The position numbers and the translations under genes are program-made. Shown piece by piece: positions 34,215 through 44,646 of a stretch of DNA of 58,102 nucleotides (position 1 is its first letter; every line of letters begins with the position of its first letter). The notes under the pieces were generated by a model. The model saw only the letters and a list, made by a program, of their open reading frames with translations, did no database searches and was not told the origin of the DNA. This DNA comes from a virus (lineage: Duplodnaviria > Caudoviricetes), in IMG/VR virus record IMGVR_UViG_3300046787_000172, positions 1 to 58,102 of that record; one strand, given 5' to 3'.

Positions 34215-36296
34215 ATGGCCACAGGTATCGCACTCATCCCCGTAGCTCGCAGCTCCGATCTGGAGCGGGAGTCGCAAAAACGCAACACGGACATGCAGGC
34301 TCAGCCTGTGATCCAAGGGCTGGCCGCTCACGCACGCAAGCGCTGGGAGTCTGCTCGTGAAGCCAAACGGACCATCGAAGAGCGCATGCTGCAGTGTCTG
34401 CGCCAGCGCAACGGTGAGTATGACCCAGACAAACTGGCCGACATCAAGCGCCAAGGCGGCTCTGAGATTTACATCCAGCTGACATCGGTCAAGTGCCGCG
34501 CCGCCACGAGCTGGTTGCGTGATACCTTGCTGGGCACAGGCACAGACAAGCCGTGGAGCCTTGAGGCTACACCCGAGCCGACACTCCCTCCAGAGCTCAT
34601 CCAAGAGCTGATGGCCAGTATGCAGCAGCAGTTGCAGGTCATGATGGAGCAGGGCTTGGCCATGCCGGACCCCACACAGTTGCGCGAAGCCGCCAGTCAG
34701 ATGAAAGACGCAGCGATGCGCAAGCTGCGGGAAGAGGCCAACGAGCGCGTTGACCGCATGGAACTGAAGATGGAAGACCAGCTCATCGAGGGTGGCTGGA
34801 CCGACGCGCTCAACGCGTTCCTCGACGACGTGGTGACATTCCCCTACGCCGTGCTCAAGGGCCCGGTCAAGCGCAAGCGCAAGACCATGATGTGGCAAAA
34901 CGGCGAGCTGGTGCCGTCAGAAGAGATTCGCAACGAGTGGGAGCGGGTTGATCCGTTCATGCTGTACTGGGCCCCATGGTCCTCGGACATCCAAGACGGC
35001 TTCATCGTCGAGCGCCACCGCATGACTCGTGAAGACCTGCAGGCCTTGATCGGCGTGCCCGGGTACAACGACGACGCCATCCGCTCAGTGCTCAACTCAT
35101 TCGAGGCGGGCAACCTCAACGAGTGGCTGTGGACCGACAGCGCTCAGGCGACAGCCGAGGGCAAGGACACCACCCAGACCATCTTCACGACTGACCTGAT
35201 CGACGCGCTCCAGATGTGGGACAGCGTGCAGGGTAAGGACTTGCTGACTTGGGGCCTGTCCGCCAAGGAGATTCCTGACCCAGACCTGAACTACCCCTGC
35301 GAAGTGTGGTTGGTGGGCTCCACGGTGATCCGTGCTGTGCTGAACTACGACCCGCTGGGCCGCAAGCCGTACTACGTGACGTCTTACGAGAAAGTCCCCG
35401 GCGCTGTGGCCGGTAAGGGTGTGGCCGACTTGTGCCGCGACTCTCAGAACATGGTGAACGCCGCTGCCCGCAGCTTGGCCAACAACATGGGCATCAGCTC
35501 TGGCCCGCAGGTGGGTGTGAACGTGTCGCGCCTGCCCCCGGGCGAGGACATCACCGAGATGTACCCTTGGAAAATCTGGCAGTTCCAGAGCTCTGAGTTT
35601 AACGACGGCTCGCAGCCTCTGCAGTTCTTCCAGCCAAACAGCAACGCCAATGAGCTGATGGCCGTGTTCGAGAAGTTCAGCGCCCGCGCTGACGAAGACA
35701 CCATGATCCCGCGCTACATGACTGGCGAGAGCTCACCCGGCGCTGGCCGTACGTCGTCAGGCCTGTCCATGCTCATCAGCAACGCTGGCAAGGGTATCAA
35801 GCAGGTGATCAGCAACATTGACCGCGCTGTCATCGTGCCGTCGATCGAGCGCCTGTACCAAGACAACCTGCGATACAGCAAAGACCCAGACCTCATCGGT
35901 GACGTCAAGGCTGTGGCCAAGGGCGCAACCAGCTTGGTGGTCAAAGAAGCTGAGGCAGTCCGCCGCAACGAGTTCCTCCAGATCGTGCTCAACAGCCCAG
36001 TGGCCCAGCAGATCGTGGGTATGGACGGCGCGGCGGAGCTCCTGCGCGAGCAGGCCCGCAACCTGAGCGGCAACGTCAACCGGATTGTCCCAGACCGTCC
36101 GACACTGACAGCCATGCAGAATCTGCAGCAGCAAAACGCACAGCTCCAAGAGCAGTTGGCCATGATCGCTGGCGAGCTCCAAGGCGGCGCTCCGGGCATG
36201 ACTCAGGGACCGGCTCCAAAGAATATGCTGCCTGACGGCAGCCAAGTCGGTGGTCGTGAGGGAAATATGATTTCCGCTCGACCCAACGGAGTTTGA
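34215..36296 (+). CDS. Portal protein
   Basis: 693 aa after TerL; ERVDPF, G.GVADL..D.Q, RT.SG.SML motifs; Gln-rich C-terminal barrel. Confidence 0.85.
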   Translation: MATGIALIPVARSSDLERESQKRNTDMQAQPVIQGLAAHARKRWESAREAKRTIEERMLQCLRQRNGEYDPDKLADIKRQGGSEIYIQLTSVKCRAATSWLRDTLLGTGTDKPWSLEATPEPTLPPELIQELMASMQQQLQVMMEQGLAMPDPTQLREAASQMKDAAMRKLREEANERVDRMELKMEDQLIEGGWTDALNAFLDDVVTFPYAVLKGPVKRKRKTMMWQNGELVPSEEIRNEWERVDPFMLYWAPWSSDIQDGFIVERHRMTREDLQALIGVPGYNDDAIRSVLNSFEAGNLNEWLWTDSAQATAEGKDTTQTIFTTDLIDALQMWDSVQGKDLLTWGLSAKEIPDPDLNYPCEVWLVGSTVIRAVLNYDPLGRKPYYVTSYEKVPGAVAGKGVADLCRDSQNMVNAAARSLANNMGISSGPQVGVNVSRLPPGEDITEMYPWKIWQFQSSEFNDGSQPLQFFQPNSNANELMAVFEKFSARADEDTMIPRYMTGESSPGAGRTSSGLSMLISNAGKGIKQVISNIDRAVIVPSIERLYQDNLRYSKDPDLIGDVKAVAKGATSLVVKEAEAVRRNEFLQIVLNSPVAQQIVGMDGAAELLREQARNLSGNVNRIVPDRPTLTAMQNLQQQNAQLQEQLAMIAGELQGGAPGMTQGPAPKNMLPDGSQVGGREGNMISARPNGV

Positions 36297-36322
36297 CTTT
36301 TTCTGAATTTGTTGTATAGAAT
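36293..36322 (+). promoter_or_regulatory. Possible sigma70 promoter for head genes
   Basis: TTGACT-N18-TAGAAT in an AT-rich gap. Confidence 0.45.
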
Positions 36323-36328
36323 CCACAC

Positions 36329-36571
36329 ATGAAGATTTTTGTAGGCCAAAAGCCTGATCGGCAGCACATGCAAGCGTTGATTCGCTGCAAGCTGCAAGAA
36401 AACGAAGCGCTACTGGCGCTGTTCCGAACCAAGCTAGAGGAGACCAAGGTCTCCTTGATGCAGGCAGAAGAACCGCACCGCTTGTACCGCCTCCAAGGTC
36501 AGGCTCAGGTCTTATCAGATTTCCTCGAAGCGGTTGAAAAATCGTCCGAGGTCTTCGACCGGATCAAGTGA
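36329..36571 (+). CDS. Small head-module protein
   Basis: LYRLQG.AQ.L motif; lies between portal and scaffold. Confidence 0.7.
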   Translation: MKIFVGQKPDRQHMQALIRCKLQENEALLALFRTKLEETKVSLMQAEEPHRLYRLQGQAQVLSDFLEAVEKSSEVFDRIK

Positions 36572-36660
36572 TCCGAATTTTGTAAATCCGAGCAAACCAT
36601 TATGTGAACGGCAGACCGCAGTAGGAGCCTGAAGCAGAGTTGGAGCCCAAGGAGAATTGA

Positions 36661-37620
36661 ATGGCATTGCCAAGACAAGTAGAAGCGCAGTTACGAGAAC
36701 TGGAAGCACTGGAAAAGCAGCTCGCAGAGGGTAACAATCCTGCACCCGCAGACCCCAACCCACAGCCAGCAGAGCCTCCCCAAGACCCACAGCCTCAGCC
36801 AGCTGAGCCCAAACCTGTTGAGCCAACGCCGACGCCGACCGAGCCAGTAGTCGCGGAAGAGAAATGGGAGCAAAAGTACAAAACCCTCAAGGGCATGTAC
36901 GACGCCGAAGTTCCTCGCTTACATGCAGACTTGCGTGAGCTCAAGGCCCAAGTGGATAGCCTCCGCAAAGCCTCTGAGACCAAGCCAGTTGAGCCTGCTA
37001 AGCCCGCAGCTCCGACAAAGTTGGTGACTGATGCTGATGTTGAAGCATTTGGTCAGGACTTGATTGAAGTCCAACGCAAAGTTGCCCGCGAAGTGGCAGC
37101 AGAGTTTCGAGGCGAGCTGGACGCCATGAGAGCCGAGAATGAGAAGTTGCGCGAGCAGCTGACCAGCACCGGCACCCAAGTGTCTGAAGCAAGTTTTGAG
37201 CAGCGCCTGTACCGTATGGTGCCGGACTTTGAAGCAGTCAATGCTGATCCCAAGTGGATCGCTTGGCTCAACGAAGTGGACCCGCTGCTGCGAGCCCCCC
37301 GTTCTTCTGTTGCACAACAAGCGTTCAACCGAGGCGATGCTGAAGGTGTTGCACACTACGTGGCGATGTTCAAACAGACCATCACGCCCGTGGAGCAAAA
37401 AGCCGACAAGACCGAAGAGCTTGAGCGTCAACTTCAGCCAAATCGTGGTGCTCCCAGCACCCCCACTGCCTCTCCAAAAGGCAAGGTCTACACCAACGCG
37501 GACATCGAAAAAATGTTCCGTAAGGCAGCAGACTTGGGGACCAAAGGGCAAACCGACGCGGCAAAGAAACTTGAAGCTGAAATTGATGCTGCGTTCATGG
37601 AAGGTCGCGTAACCGCGTGA
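36661..37620 (+). CDS. Capsid scaffolding protein
   Basis: P/E-rich N-terminus, coiled coils, C-terminal EIDAAFMEGRV; directly before the capsid gene. Confidence 0.75.
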   Translation: MALPRQVEAQLRELEALEKQLAEGNNPAPADPNPQPAEPPQDPQPQPAEPKPVEPTPTPTEPVVAEEKWEQKYKTLKGMYDAEVPRLHADLRELKAQVDSLRKASETKPVEPAKPAAPTKLVTDADVEAFGQDLIEVQRKVAREVAAEFRGELDAMRAENEKLREQLTSTGTQVSEASFEQRLYRMVPDFEAVNADPKWIAWLNEVDPLLRAPRSSVAQQAFNRGDAEGVAHYVAMFKQTITPVEQKADKTEELERQLQPNRGAPSTPTASPKGKVYTNADIEKMFRKAADLGTKGQTDAAKKLEAEIDAAFMEGRVTA

Positions 37621-37668
37621 CCAGTGACACAGCGTTGAACCCCAACCTGTACTTTTTAGGAGACCATC

Positions 37669-38670
37669 ATGTCTGCTGTTTACCCTGTCCAATCGCCGTT
37701 CAACACGAACCCTTCGTACTCCGGCGCTTTCATCCCCACCCTGTGGTCCGGCAAATTGCTGGCCAAGTTCTACCAGAACACCATGTTGTCGGAAATCGCC
37801 AACACTGACTATGAAGGTGAACTGAAGAACCAAGGCGATACCATCCGTATCCGTTTGGCTCCTTCCATCAGCATCTCTGACTACACCGTTGGCCAGAACC
37901 TGTCGTACGAAGTCCCCACTCCTATCTTCCAAGATATGCAAGTGAACAAGGGCAAGTACTTCGGCGTGCAAGTCAACGACGTGCTGGCCTATCAGTCCGA
38001 CATGAACTTGATGAACATGTTCACCGAAGACGCCGCCAAGCAGTTGAAGATCGCTATCGAAAACGAAGTGTTCTTCAACAACATGGTCACTGAAGGCCCT
38101 GCCGCTGCCAACGAAGGCGCTACCGCTGGTGCTATCTCTGCTGCCTACAACTTGGGCACAGACACAGCTCCTATCGACCAAGCCACTCCTGAGAACGTGT
38201 TGAAGGGTATCCTGCGCATGTCCACAGTGCTGGACGAGCAGAACGTGCCTGAAGATGGTCGCTGGTTGGTGATCAGCCCCTTCGACCGTCACCTGTTGAT
38301 GCAATCCAACATCGCTCAAGCCTACTTCACTGGCGACGCTCAGTCGACCATCCGTAGCGGCAAGATCGGTATGTTGGACCGCTTCACTGTGTACGTGTCC
38401 AACTTGCTGCCAAAAGGCGCTGCTGGCAAGGCACTGGTTGCTGGTTTGACTGACCCTGCCACTGGTGGTTCTGTGTCCAACGCCAAGGCCCGTCGTGTGA
38501 TGGTTGCTGGTACAAAGGCCGCAATGTCTTTCGCCATGACCGTGAACAAGACTGAGCCCCTGCGTAACCAGACTGACTTCGGCGACATCGTCCGTGGTTT
38601 GGCTGTGTATGGTCGCAAGACTGTCAAGCCAGAAGCTCTGGTCGTGGCTCAAGTCGGCTCCGCCAGCTGA
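37669..38670 (+). CDS. Major capsid protein
   Basis: FIPTLWS, YEGEL..QGDTIRI, VPEDGRWLV, VYG.K..KPEAL; strong codon bias. Confidence 0.88.
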   Translation: MSAVYPVQSPFNTNPSYSGAFIPTLWSGKLLAKFYQNTMLSEIANTDYEGELKNQGDTIRIRLAPSISISDYTVGQNLSYEVPTPIFQDMQVNKGKYFGVQVNDVLAYQSDMNLMNMFTEDAAKQLKIAIENEVFFNNMVTEGPAAANEGATAGAISAAYNLGTDTAPIDQATPENVLKGILRMSTVLDEQNVPEDGRWLVISPFDRHLLMQSNIAQAYFTGDAQSTIRSGKIGMLDRFTVYVSNLLPKGAAGKALVAGLTDPATGGSVSNAKARRVMVAGTKAAMSFAMTVNKTEPLRNQTDFGDIVRGLAVYGRKTVKPEALVVAQVGSAS

Positions 38671-38676
38671 TGAACT

Positions 38677-38702
38677 GGGCCCCTTCGGGGGCCCTTTCTT
38701 TT
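38677..38702 (+). terminator. Intrinsic terminator after the capsid gene
   Basis: gggcccc-TTCG-ggggccc followed by a U-rich tail. Confidence 0.85.
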
Positions 38703-38724
38703 CCCTCATTCTTTGGAGATTCTC

Positions 38725-39057
38725 ATGTCTACTCAATTTGCTCGCAGCATCGGCGGCTACCAAACAGCCACCGCTGGCACAACCCAAACTCAAGCCGGTG
38801 CTACTGCACTGACCGGCGCTGTTAACGTGGTCACCACTGGCAACGCCAGCGACGGCGTGAAGCTGCCCGCTGAGCGTCCTGTCGGCGACATCGTTCACAT
38901 CGTGAACATTTCTGCTGCTGCCCTGAACGTGTACCCAGCTACTGGTGGCGCTATCAACGGCGGTTCTGCCAACGCAGCCAAGGCTTTGGCCGCTAACATG
39001 TCTGGTGCTTACATCAGCTTGGGCAGCGAAAACTGGGGTGCTGTTCTCAGCGCCTAA
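38725..39057 (+). CDS. Probable capsid decoration protein
   Basis: Ala/Gly/Thr-rich 110 aa; GVKLP, VYPATGG.ING. Confidence 0.6.
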   Translation: MSTQFARSIGGYQTATAGTTQTQAGATALTGAVNVVTTGNASDGVKLPAERPVGDIVHIVNISAAALNVYPATGGAINGGSANAAKALAANMSGAYISLGSENWGAVLSA

Positions 39058-39071
39058 TTGCTGGCACAATA

Positions 39072-39100
39072 AAGGGGCTCTTCGGAGCCCCTTTTTACTT
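39072..39100 (+). terminator. Intrinsic (possibly bidirectional) terminator
   Basis: aaaggggctc-TTCG-gagcccctttt. Confidence 0.85.
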
Positions 39101-39113
39101 TATGGAGCATTGA

Positions 39114-39401
39114 ATGAACGTACTCGACCTTCTGGCCCGCCTCGGCGGCGAAATTCTGTCCAACAAAGCCCGTGCTGTTGTAGACGGCAAAATCGTGATC
39201 CTTGCCCGCATGAATGGCAACGACTGGGAGTACACCCCCGAAGGTCAAGCGTTGGCTGACGCGCACTCCAACGCCGCTGTAGAAGAAGCTGCAGCCAAAC
39301 CAAAACGCGCCAAGAAGCCAGCAGAGCCTGTTGCTGAAGTCGAAACTACCCCTGAAGCCCCTGCTGCGGTAGAATTGGCTGATGTAGAGCCTGAACTGTG
39401 A
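39114..39401 (+). CDS. Hypothetical virion-module protein
   Basis: 95 aa with RBS. Confidence 0.65.
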   Translation: MNVLDLLARLGGEILSNKARAVVDGKIVILARMNGNDWEYTPEGQALADAHSNAAVEEAAAKPKRAKKPAEPVAEVETTPEAPAAVELADVEPEL

Positions 39402-39409
39402 GGTAGACC

Positions 39410-40087
39410 ATGGCCACCGTGAAAGTTGTTGACCTGATTACTCGGGCCAGAACAATTCTTCAAGACACCACGTCTGTACGGTGGGCATTGTCTGAATTGC
39501 AGCTGTGGCTCAATGACAGCTATCGCGAAACGCTGATAGCTCGTCCAGACTCCAACACATTGACCGGGGAGTTTGTCTGCGTGGCAGGCCCCCGTCAGGT
39601 GCTCACAAGCACCTTTGCCAACGCATCGCGATTGATCTCTGTGGTGCGCAACACTGCCACCACGTCCAACAAATACGCAGTGCGTTTGGTAGACCGACGC
39701 TCTTTGGACGACCAGCGCAAAGGCTGGTATGGCGAGACTCAGACAGTCAACATCGAAGAATACATGTTCGATGCCCGCCAGCCACGCGACTTTTTTGTCT
39801 ACCCTCCAGCAACGACAGCAGCTCGCCTCGAAGTAACCTACGCGCAGGTGCCGTCACCTCACACGCTGACAGACGAGCAGCTTGGCAACGCCGCCACAAC
39901 TGAAGTGATTCGCATCGACGACATGTTCGCCAATGCACTGCTGGACTACGTGTTGTATCGTGCATACACCAAAGACGCAGAGCAGCCAGCAAATGCTCAA
40001 CGAGCTGTAGCTCACTTCCAAGCGTTCCAAAATAGCCTTGGCGTATCTGCTCAAACCAATGCTGCGTCGCAGCCGGGAGTTGCCTAA
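39410..40087 (+). CDS. Head-tail adaptor-like protein
   Basis: LQD...RW...EL..WLND, FFVYPP, ALLDYVLYRAYTKD. Confidence 0.7.
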   Translation: MATVKVVDLITRARTILQDTTSVRWALSELQLWLNDSYRETLIARPDSNTLTGEFVCVAGPRQVLTSTFANASRLISVVRNTATTSNKYAVRLVDRRSLDDQRKGWYGETQTVNIEEYMFDARQPRDFFVYPPATTAARLEVTYAQVPSPHTLTDEQLGNAATTEVIRIDDMFANALLDYVLYRAYTKDAEQPANAQRAVAHFQAFQNSLGVSAQTNAASQPGVA

Positions 40088-40695
40088 TGGCCAAAATCTG
40101 GGACGATTTCCTCCCCCTCATTTCCCCACATCTGCCGTCGTGCCCAAACGCGTCTATCCGCACGTACCTCGGCATTGTCGCTTCGGACTTTTTCGCCCGC
40201 ACATACCTGTGGCGCGACCAGATTGACACCATCTACGCTACCACGGGCACTGTGGAGTACGACCTTGACGGTGAGGCCGTTATCGAGGACGTGATCTCTG
40301 TGGTGCTCAACGAGTCTACGCTGGACCGCACTGACTTGCGCCTTGTGGCGACGCAGAACCTCGGTCAGGTGGGTGAGCCACGCGAGTTCTGGGTAAAAGC
40401 TGATCGCAGCATTGTGATCTTCCCCACGCCAGAGGCAAACGTGCAGCTCAAGGTGTACGCCGTGCTCAAGCCCAGCCGCACCGCAACGGGCGTCGAAGAC
40501 TGGATTTACGAGACGTGGGCTGACACACTGGTTAGCGGTGCTATTGCGCACTTGGCGGCCATCCCCGGCAAAGAGTGGTCTGACGCCGCCATGGCTATGA
40601 CCCACAAAATGCAGTACGAGCGAGCCATCACCAACGCACGCATCCGTGATTTCAGAGGCATCAACTTGCAGGTGCGTCAGCGCCCAGCAGCGTAA
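40087..40695 (+). CDS. Second adaptor / tail tubular A-like protein
   Basis: Position; IFPTP and GAIA.L..IPGKEW motifs. Confidence 0.6.
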   Translation: MAKIWDDFLPLISPHLPSCPNASIRTYLGIVASDFFARTYLWRDQIDTIYATTGTVEYDLDGEAVIEDVISVVLNESTLDRTDLRLVATQNLGQVGEPREFWVKADRSIVIFPTPEANVQLKVYAVLKPSRTATGVEDWIYETWADTLVSGAIAHLAAIPGKEWSDAAMAMTHKMQYERAITNARIRDFRGINLQVRQRPAA

Positions 40696-40705
40696 GGAGT
40701 TTGGC

Positions 40706-41038
40706 ATGGCCGAAAAGATTCGACTGGTTCAGGGCGACACCCGCCCAAGCCTCGTTACCACCCTCACGGACTCTACGACTGGTTCTGCGATCAACATCAC
40801 TGGGGCTACGGTTCGTCTGAAGTTTCGGGCTGCTGGAGCTACCACGCTGCAGGCTACGATTGTCGGTACAGTGACTGATGGTGCTGGTGGTGTTGTGGTG
40901 TTTGACTGGGCCGATGAGCCCACATCGCTTGATGGAGCCCCCGGTGACTACGAAGGTGAGATTGAAATCACGTTCGCGGACAGCACCATCCAGACTGTGT
41001 ACGACTTGCTCAAGTTCAAACTGCGTCAGGACTTCTGA
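40706..41038 (+). CDS. BppU-like virion domain protein
   Basis: LVQGDT, ITGATV, G.Y.GEIEITF.D...QT. Confidence 0.65.
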   Translation: MAEKIRLVQGDTRPSLVTTLTDSTTGSAINITGATVRLKFRAAGATTLQATIVGTVTDGAGGVVVFDWADEPTSLDGAPGDYEGEIEITFADSTIQTVYDLLKFKLRQDF

Positions 41039-42003
41039 TGACCAGCGCTAATATCAGCGTAAGTCTGGTTGGCGCTTCTACTTCTTTGGTGGAGGCCGCA
41101 TCTGGCATATCCGCCGTCTCTGTATCAGCCGCAGTAGCCTACGACGCGCTGGCAGCCTCTACAACGTCCGCAGTAGCTCAGGCCAGTGTCTCGGCCTCGG
41201 TAGCTGGATTTACGCTGTCCTACGTGGCTCTGGCGGCTTCTGCTACCCTTGACGAGCTTGGGTTCAACAAGAAAGTCAGGGACGTTGTATCTGCGGCGGA
41301 CGCCAAAGCAATTACATTGAGCAGCCCCAAGGCTGATGCTGTAGCGACATCCGATAGCGTTCGGTCAGACGTAACGAAGCGTTTGGCTCATTCGGTGACT
41401 GTGGTGGATGTCATCAGCATCGTCAAGACAACGCTGCGAACTGTGAATGACACAGTAGCCGTGGCTTCTGCCGCAGCAAAACACGTTTCCAAGAACCTGC
41501 AGCATGAAGTAGTGTCGTCTGATGCAGCCTCTTTGGCTGTCAGCAAGTTGATAGCTGACGTTTTTGCCATGAACGACGGGGCGGATGTCGGTGACGGGTC
41601 CACATATTCATTCCAAAAGTACGTCAACAACGTAGCATCCATCGAAGACGCCCGGTTCTTTGACATCGCCAAGACCCTCACTGACGAGCTCGGGGTGGCA
41701 GATGACATAGCCCTTGAGGCTGTAAAAGCCCTTGCCGACGCGTTTGGCGCAAGCTCTGCCACATTCACTAGCTTTAGTAAGGCACTTGCGGATACACTAA
41801 CGGCTGCAGACGTTGCGGCTGTAGCGTCCACCAAAATTCTCTCCGACACGGCAGGTACAGCGGATTCAGCGGTACGGTCCACTACCAAAGCGGTCGCAGA
41901 TTCATTTGGGTTCACAGAGTCGGGTTCGGTAATCTCACAGGGGTACTGTGACCTGACATATTTTGAAGCTGATTACGTCGGTGAGTACCGCACGTTTGCA
42001 TAG
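41038..42003 (+). CDS. Ala/Ser/Val-rich repetitive virion protein
   Basis: Loose ~19-aa K.L.D repeats; C-terminal YCDLTYFEADYVG. Confidence 0.6.
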   Translation: MTSANISVSLVGASTSLVEAASGISAVSVSAAVAYDALAASTTSAVAQASVSASVAGFTLSYVALAASATLDELGFNKKVRDVVSAADAKAITLSSPKADAVATSDSVRSDVTKRLAHSVTVVDVISIVKTTLRTVNDTVAVASAAAKHVSKNLQHEVVSSDAASLAVSKLIADVFAMNDGADVGDGSTYSFQKYVNNVASIEDARFFDIAKTLTDELGVADDIALEAVKALADAFGASSATFTSFSKALADTLTAADVAAVASTKILSDTAGTADSAVRSTTKAVADSFGFTESGSVISQGYCDLTYFEADYVGEYRTFA

Positions 42004-42012
42004 GAGATTGTC

Positions 42013-42450
42013 ATGATCCAAGAAACCATCAAAGCCAAAGGCGAGTTGAGCATCAAACTGTTCGGCCCAGACGGCAAACTCAAGGCTGAGCAAAACGTCC
42101 CCAACTTGGTCGTGACGACTGGTAAGACGTTTATCGCAGCTCGCATGGTGGGCACCCCCACAGCTATGAGCCACATGGCCATTGGCTCTGGCACCACTGA
42201 TCCCGCTGTCGGCGACACCGCACTGCAGACTGAACTGGGCCGTGTGGCTTTGACCTCCAGCGCGTCTTCGGGTGCAGTGGTGACATACGTTGCCTCTTTT
42301 GGCGCAGGTACCGGCACTGGCGCGGTTACAGAAGCTGGCATTTTGAACGCTTCCAGCGGCGGAACCTTGCTGTGCCGCACAGAATTTGCGGTCTTGAACA
42401 AAGGCGCAGATGATTCGCTTAGCATTACGTGGACCATCACAGTTTCGTGA
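42013..42450 (+). CDS. Tail-fibre base/collar-like protein
   Basis: NLVVTTG, HMAIGSGT, DTAL.TE, TEAGI. Confidence 0.65.
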   Translation: MIQETIKAKGELSIKLFGPDGKLKAEQNVPNLVVTTGKTFIAARMVGTPTAMSHMAIGSGTTDPAVGDTALQTELGRVALTSSASSGAVVTYVASFGAGTGTGAVTEAGILNASSGGTLLCRTEFAVLNKGADDSLSITWTITVS

Positions 42451-42485
42451 TTTGACGCCCTGAGCCGAGTACCAGAGAGGAATAT

Positions 42486-44291
42486 ATGAGCACCATCGTT
42501 TTGCGCAGCGTCAAGGGCTCGCCCTTAAGTAATACGGAAGTTGACGCGAACTTCACAAATCTGAACAACGACAAGACTCAGCTCGGCGGTACTTACTCGT
42601 CCGGGACGGCAAATGGTGTGTTATTTCTCTCTTCTTCCAAAGTACTGACCACTAGTAGTGCGCTGACGTTTGATGGGACTACGTTTGCAGCAAGAACTTC
42701 TACTGGTGGCAATGTGCTTCTTGATAGCACAACAACAGGTACTAGTAACTTAATTACCAGCACTTTAAATAACGGCAACTCTTATGCCGATTTGAAATAT
42801 AACGCCCTCACGCATCAATGGCTGATTGGCTCCGAACAAATGCGCCTGACCAGCACAGGGTTGGGTATTGGGACGAGTTCGCCTACACGGAAGCTCTCGA
42901 TTGGCGGTGCATCTAGCGCCATCATGGACTTTTATGCCACGTCCTATCGCCGTTACGCCGTTGGCTCTGAGGCTCGCGGCTTCGTTGTGTACGATGACAC
43001 AGCGTCTGCATACCGTATGGAAATTGACTCCTCCGGCAACCTCGGCTTGGGGGTTACTCCGAGTGCTTGGGCATCTTCTTACAGGGCGTTTGACGTTAGC
43101 AGCACCGCCTCGTTGACCGGGAATACTGGCGGCTCTGCGTTCTTGGTAAACAACGCCTATAACGATGGTTCTTGGAAATACAAGACCAGCACAGCAAGTA
43201 TTGGCACTCAGTTGTTTGGCGCAAACCCGAACGGCTCGGGCGGCTTTGCGTGGTTTCAAGCAGCCTCCGGCACAGCAGGTAACGCTATTAGCTTTACTCA
43301 GGCGATGACGCTGGATGCGAGTGGGAATTTGGGGGTGGGGACGACTTCGCCTGTAAGCAAGCTGCACATTGAGTCAACAAGTGCCGAATCGTTCCAGATT
43401 GGTTATTCGTCCACCAAGCGTGCACGATTTGGCACGACAAGCTCTGGCGATCTCCAAATATACGCTTACGATAGTGCTGGCGTTTACAGAAACATCCTGT
43501 TAGCAATTGACGTTGGCACTTCTGGCGGCAACGTGGGGATTGGGACGAATTCGCCTACTGCAAAACTTACGGTGGCCGGGAACATTGCATCGACCGCAGC
43601 CATCCAAATAAACGCCCCTTCTGGAAATGACTTTCTAAACAGCAGTTCTTCTGGAAACGTCCGCTTAGGCTGGGGAACTTATGGTTTGTCTGGAGGCCCT
43701 ATCTTGGGCACGGACGGCGCTTACCCGCTGATTTTCGCGCCAAACCAAACTGAACGCGCCCGTATCGACTCCAGCGGTAACTTGCTGGTGGGGACTACGA
43801 GCGGTTCGGGGCGGGCAACCATCACCGCAGGTTCAACGCAAAACGGACTTGCTGTTATTGTTCCAACTGTCGATTATTTTGGCGCAGTAATCCATAACCA
43901 AGCCACCAGCGGGACCAACTGCTTTATAGCGTTTGGTACCGAAGCCTCGTTTAGCACTCGTGGGACAATCACGTACAACCGTGGCGCAGGTCTGACGGCC
44001 TACAACACAACCTCTGACTACCGGGCAAAAGACATCATTGGCCCCGTGGTTGACAGCGGTGCGCTGATTGACTCTGTGCCTGTTTACATGGGCAAAATGA
44101 AAGGCGCTACGCAAGAGCGACCAATGTTTATCGCTCACGAAACACCTGACTACGCCCACACTGGTGAGAAAGACGCTGTTGATGCTGATGGCAACCCTGT
44201 GTATCAGCAGATGGATGCAAGCGCCCTTATCCCTGTGATGTGGGCTGAAATCCAATCCCTCCGTGCTCGACTTGCAGCCGCAAACATTTAA
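42486..44291 (+). CDS. Tail fibre with C-terminal intramolecular chaperone (peptidase S74-like)
   Basis: Repeats of the M.IDSSGNLG.GT..P type; TSDYRAKD; FIAHE. Confidence 0.85.
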   Translation: MSTIVLRSVKGSPLSNTEVDANFTNLNNDKTQLGGTYSSGTANGVLFLSSSKVLTTSSALTFDGTTFAARTSTGGNVLLDSTTTGTSNLITSTLNNGNSYADLKYNALTHQWLIGSEQMRLTSTGLGIGTSSPTRKLSIGGASSAIMDFYATSYRRYAVGSEARGFVVYDDTASAYRMEIDSSGNLGLGVTPSAWASSYRAFDVSSTASLTGNTGGSAFLVNNAYNDGSWKYKTSTASIGTQLFGANPNGSGGFAWFQAASGTAGNAISFTQAMTLDASGNLGVGTTSPVSKLHIESTSAESFQIGYSSTKRARFGTTSSGDLQIYAYDSAGVYRNILLAIDVGTSGGNVGIGTNSPTAKLTVAGNIASTAAIQINAPSGNDFLNSSSSGNVRLGWGTYGLSGGPILGTDGAYPLIFAPNQTERARIDSSGNLLVGTTSGSGRATITAGSTQNGLAVIVPTVDYFGAVIHNQATSGTNCFIAFGTEASFSTRGTITYNRGAGLTAYNTTSDYRAKDIIGPVVDSGALIDSVPVYMGKMKGATQERPMFIAHETPDYAHTGEKDAVDADGNPVYQQMDASALIPVMWAEIQSLRARLAAANI

Positions 44292-44309
44292 CCCCCGAAA
44301 GGACTCATC

Positions 44310-44615
44310 ATGACAAACTGGACAATCACCAACATGGACCGCCTGACCGCTGATGGCTTTGTGGTCACCGTTCACTGGACCGCATCACAGACCGATGGCG
44401 ACTACAGCGCCTCGACTTACTCCACAGTGGGCTTCACAGAGCAACCCGGAGAGAGCTACGTCCCCTACGACCAACTGACAGAGGCTCAAGTGGTTGAGTG
44501 GGTCAAAGCCTCCTTGGGCGAGGAAGGTGTGGCTGCTGTTGATGCTGCTTTGGCCGCAAACATTGCCGAACAGAAAGCCCCTAAAAATGCTACCGGCACA
44601 CCTTGGTCAGCATAA
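44310..44615 (+). CDS. Fibre-associated small protein
   Basis: W.I..M, VHW, PYDQLTEAQVV.WV, C-terminal PW. Confidence 0.65.
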   Translation: MTNWTITNMDRLTADGFVVTVHWTASQTDGDYSASTYSTVGFTEQPGESYVPYDQLTEAQVVEWVKASLGEEGVAAVDAALAANIAEQKAPKNATGTPWSA

Positions 44616-44646
44616 AATAAACCACCTTTTCTAGCCGAGTTTTGAC

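Noticed and set aside
36919-39069. Long antisense ORFs (this 716-aa one, 3679-5316, 49213-50346 and similar)
   Set aside because: They mirror strongly codon-biased sense genes, have V/G/H/L-skewed composition and show no motifs; treated as shadow ORFs.
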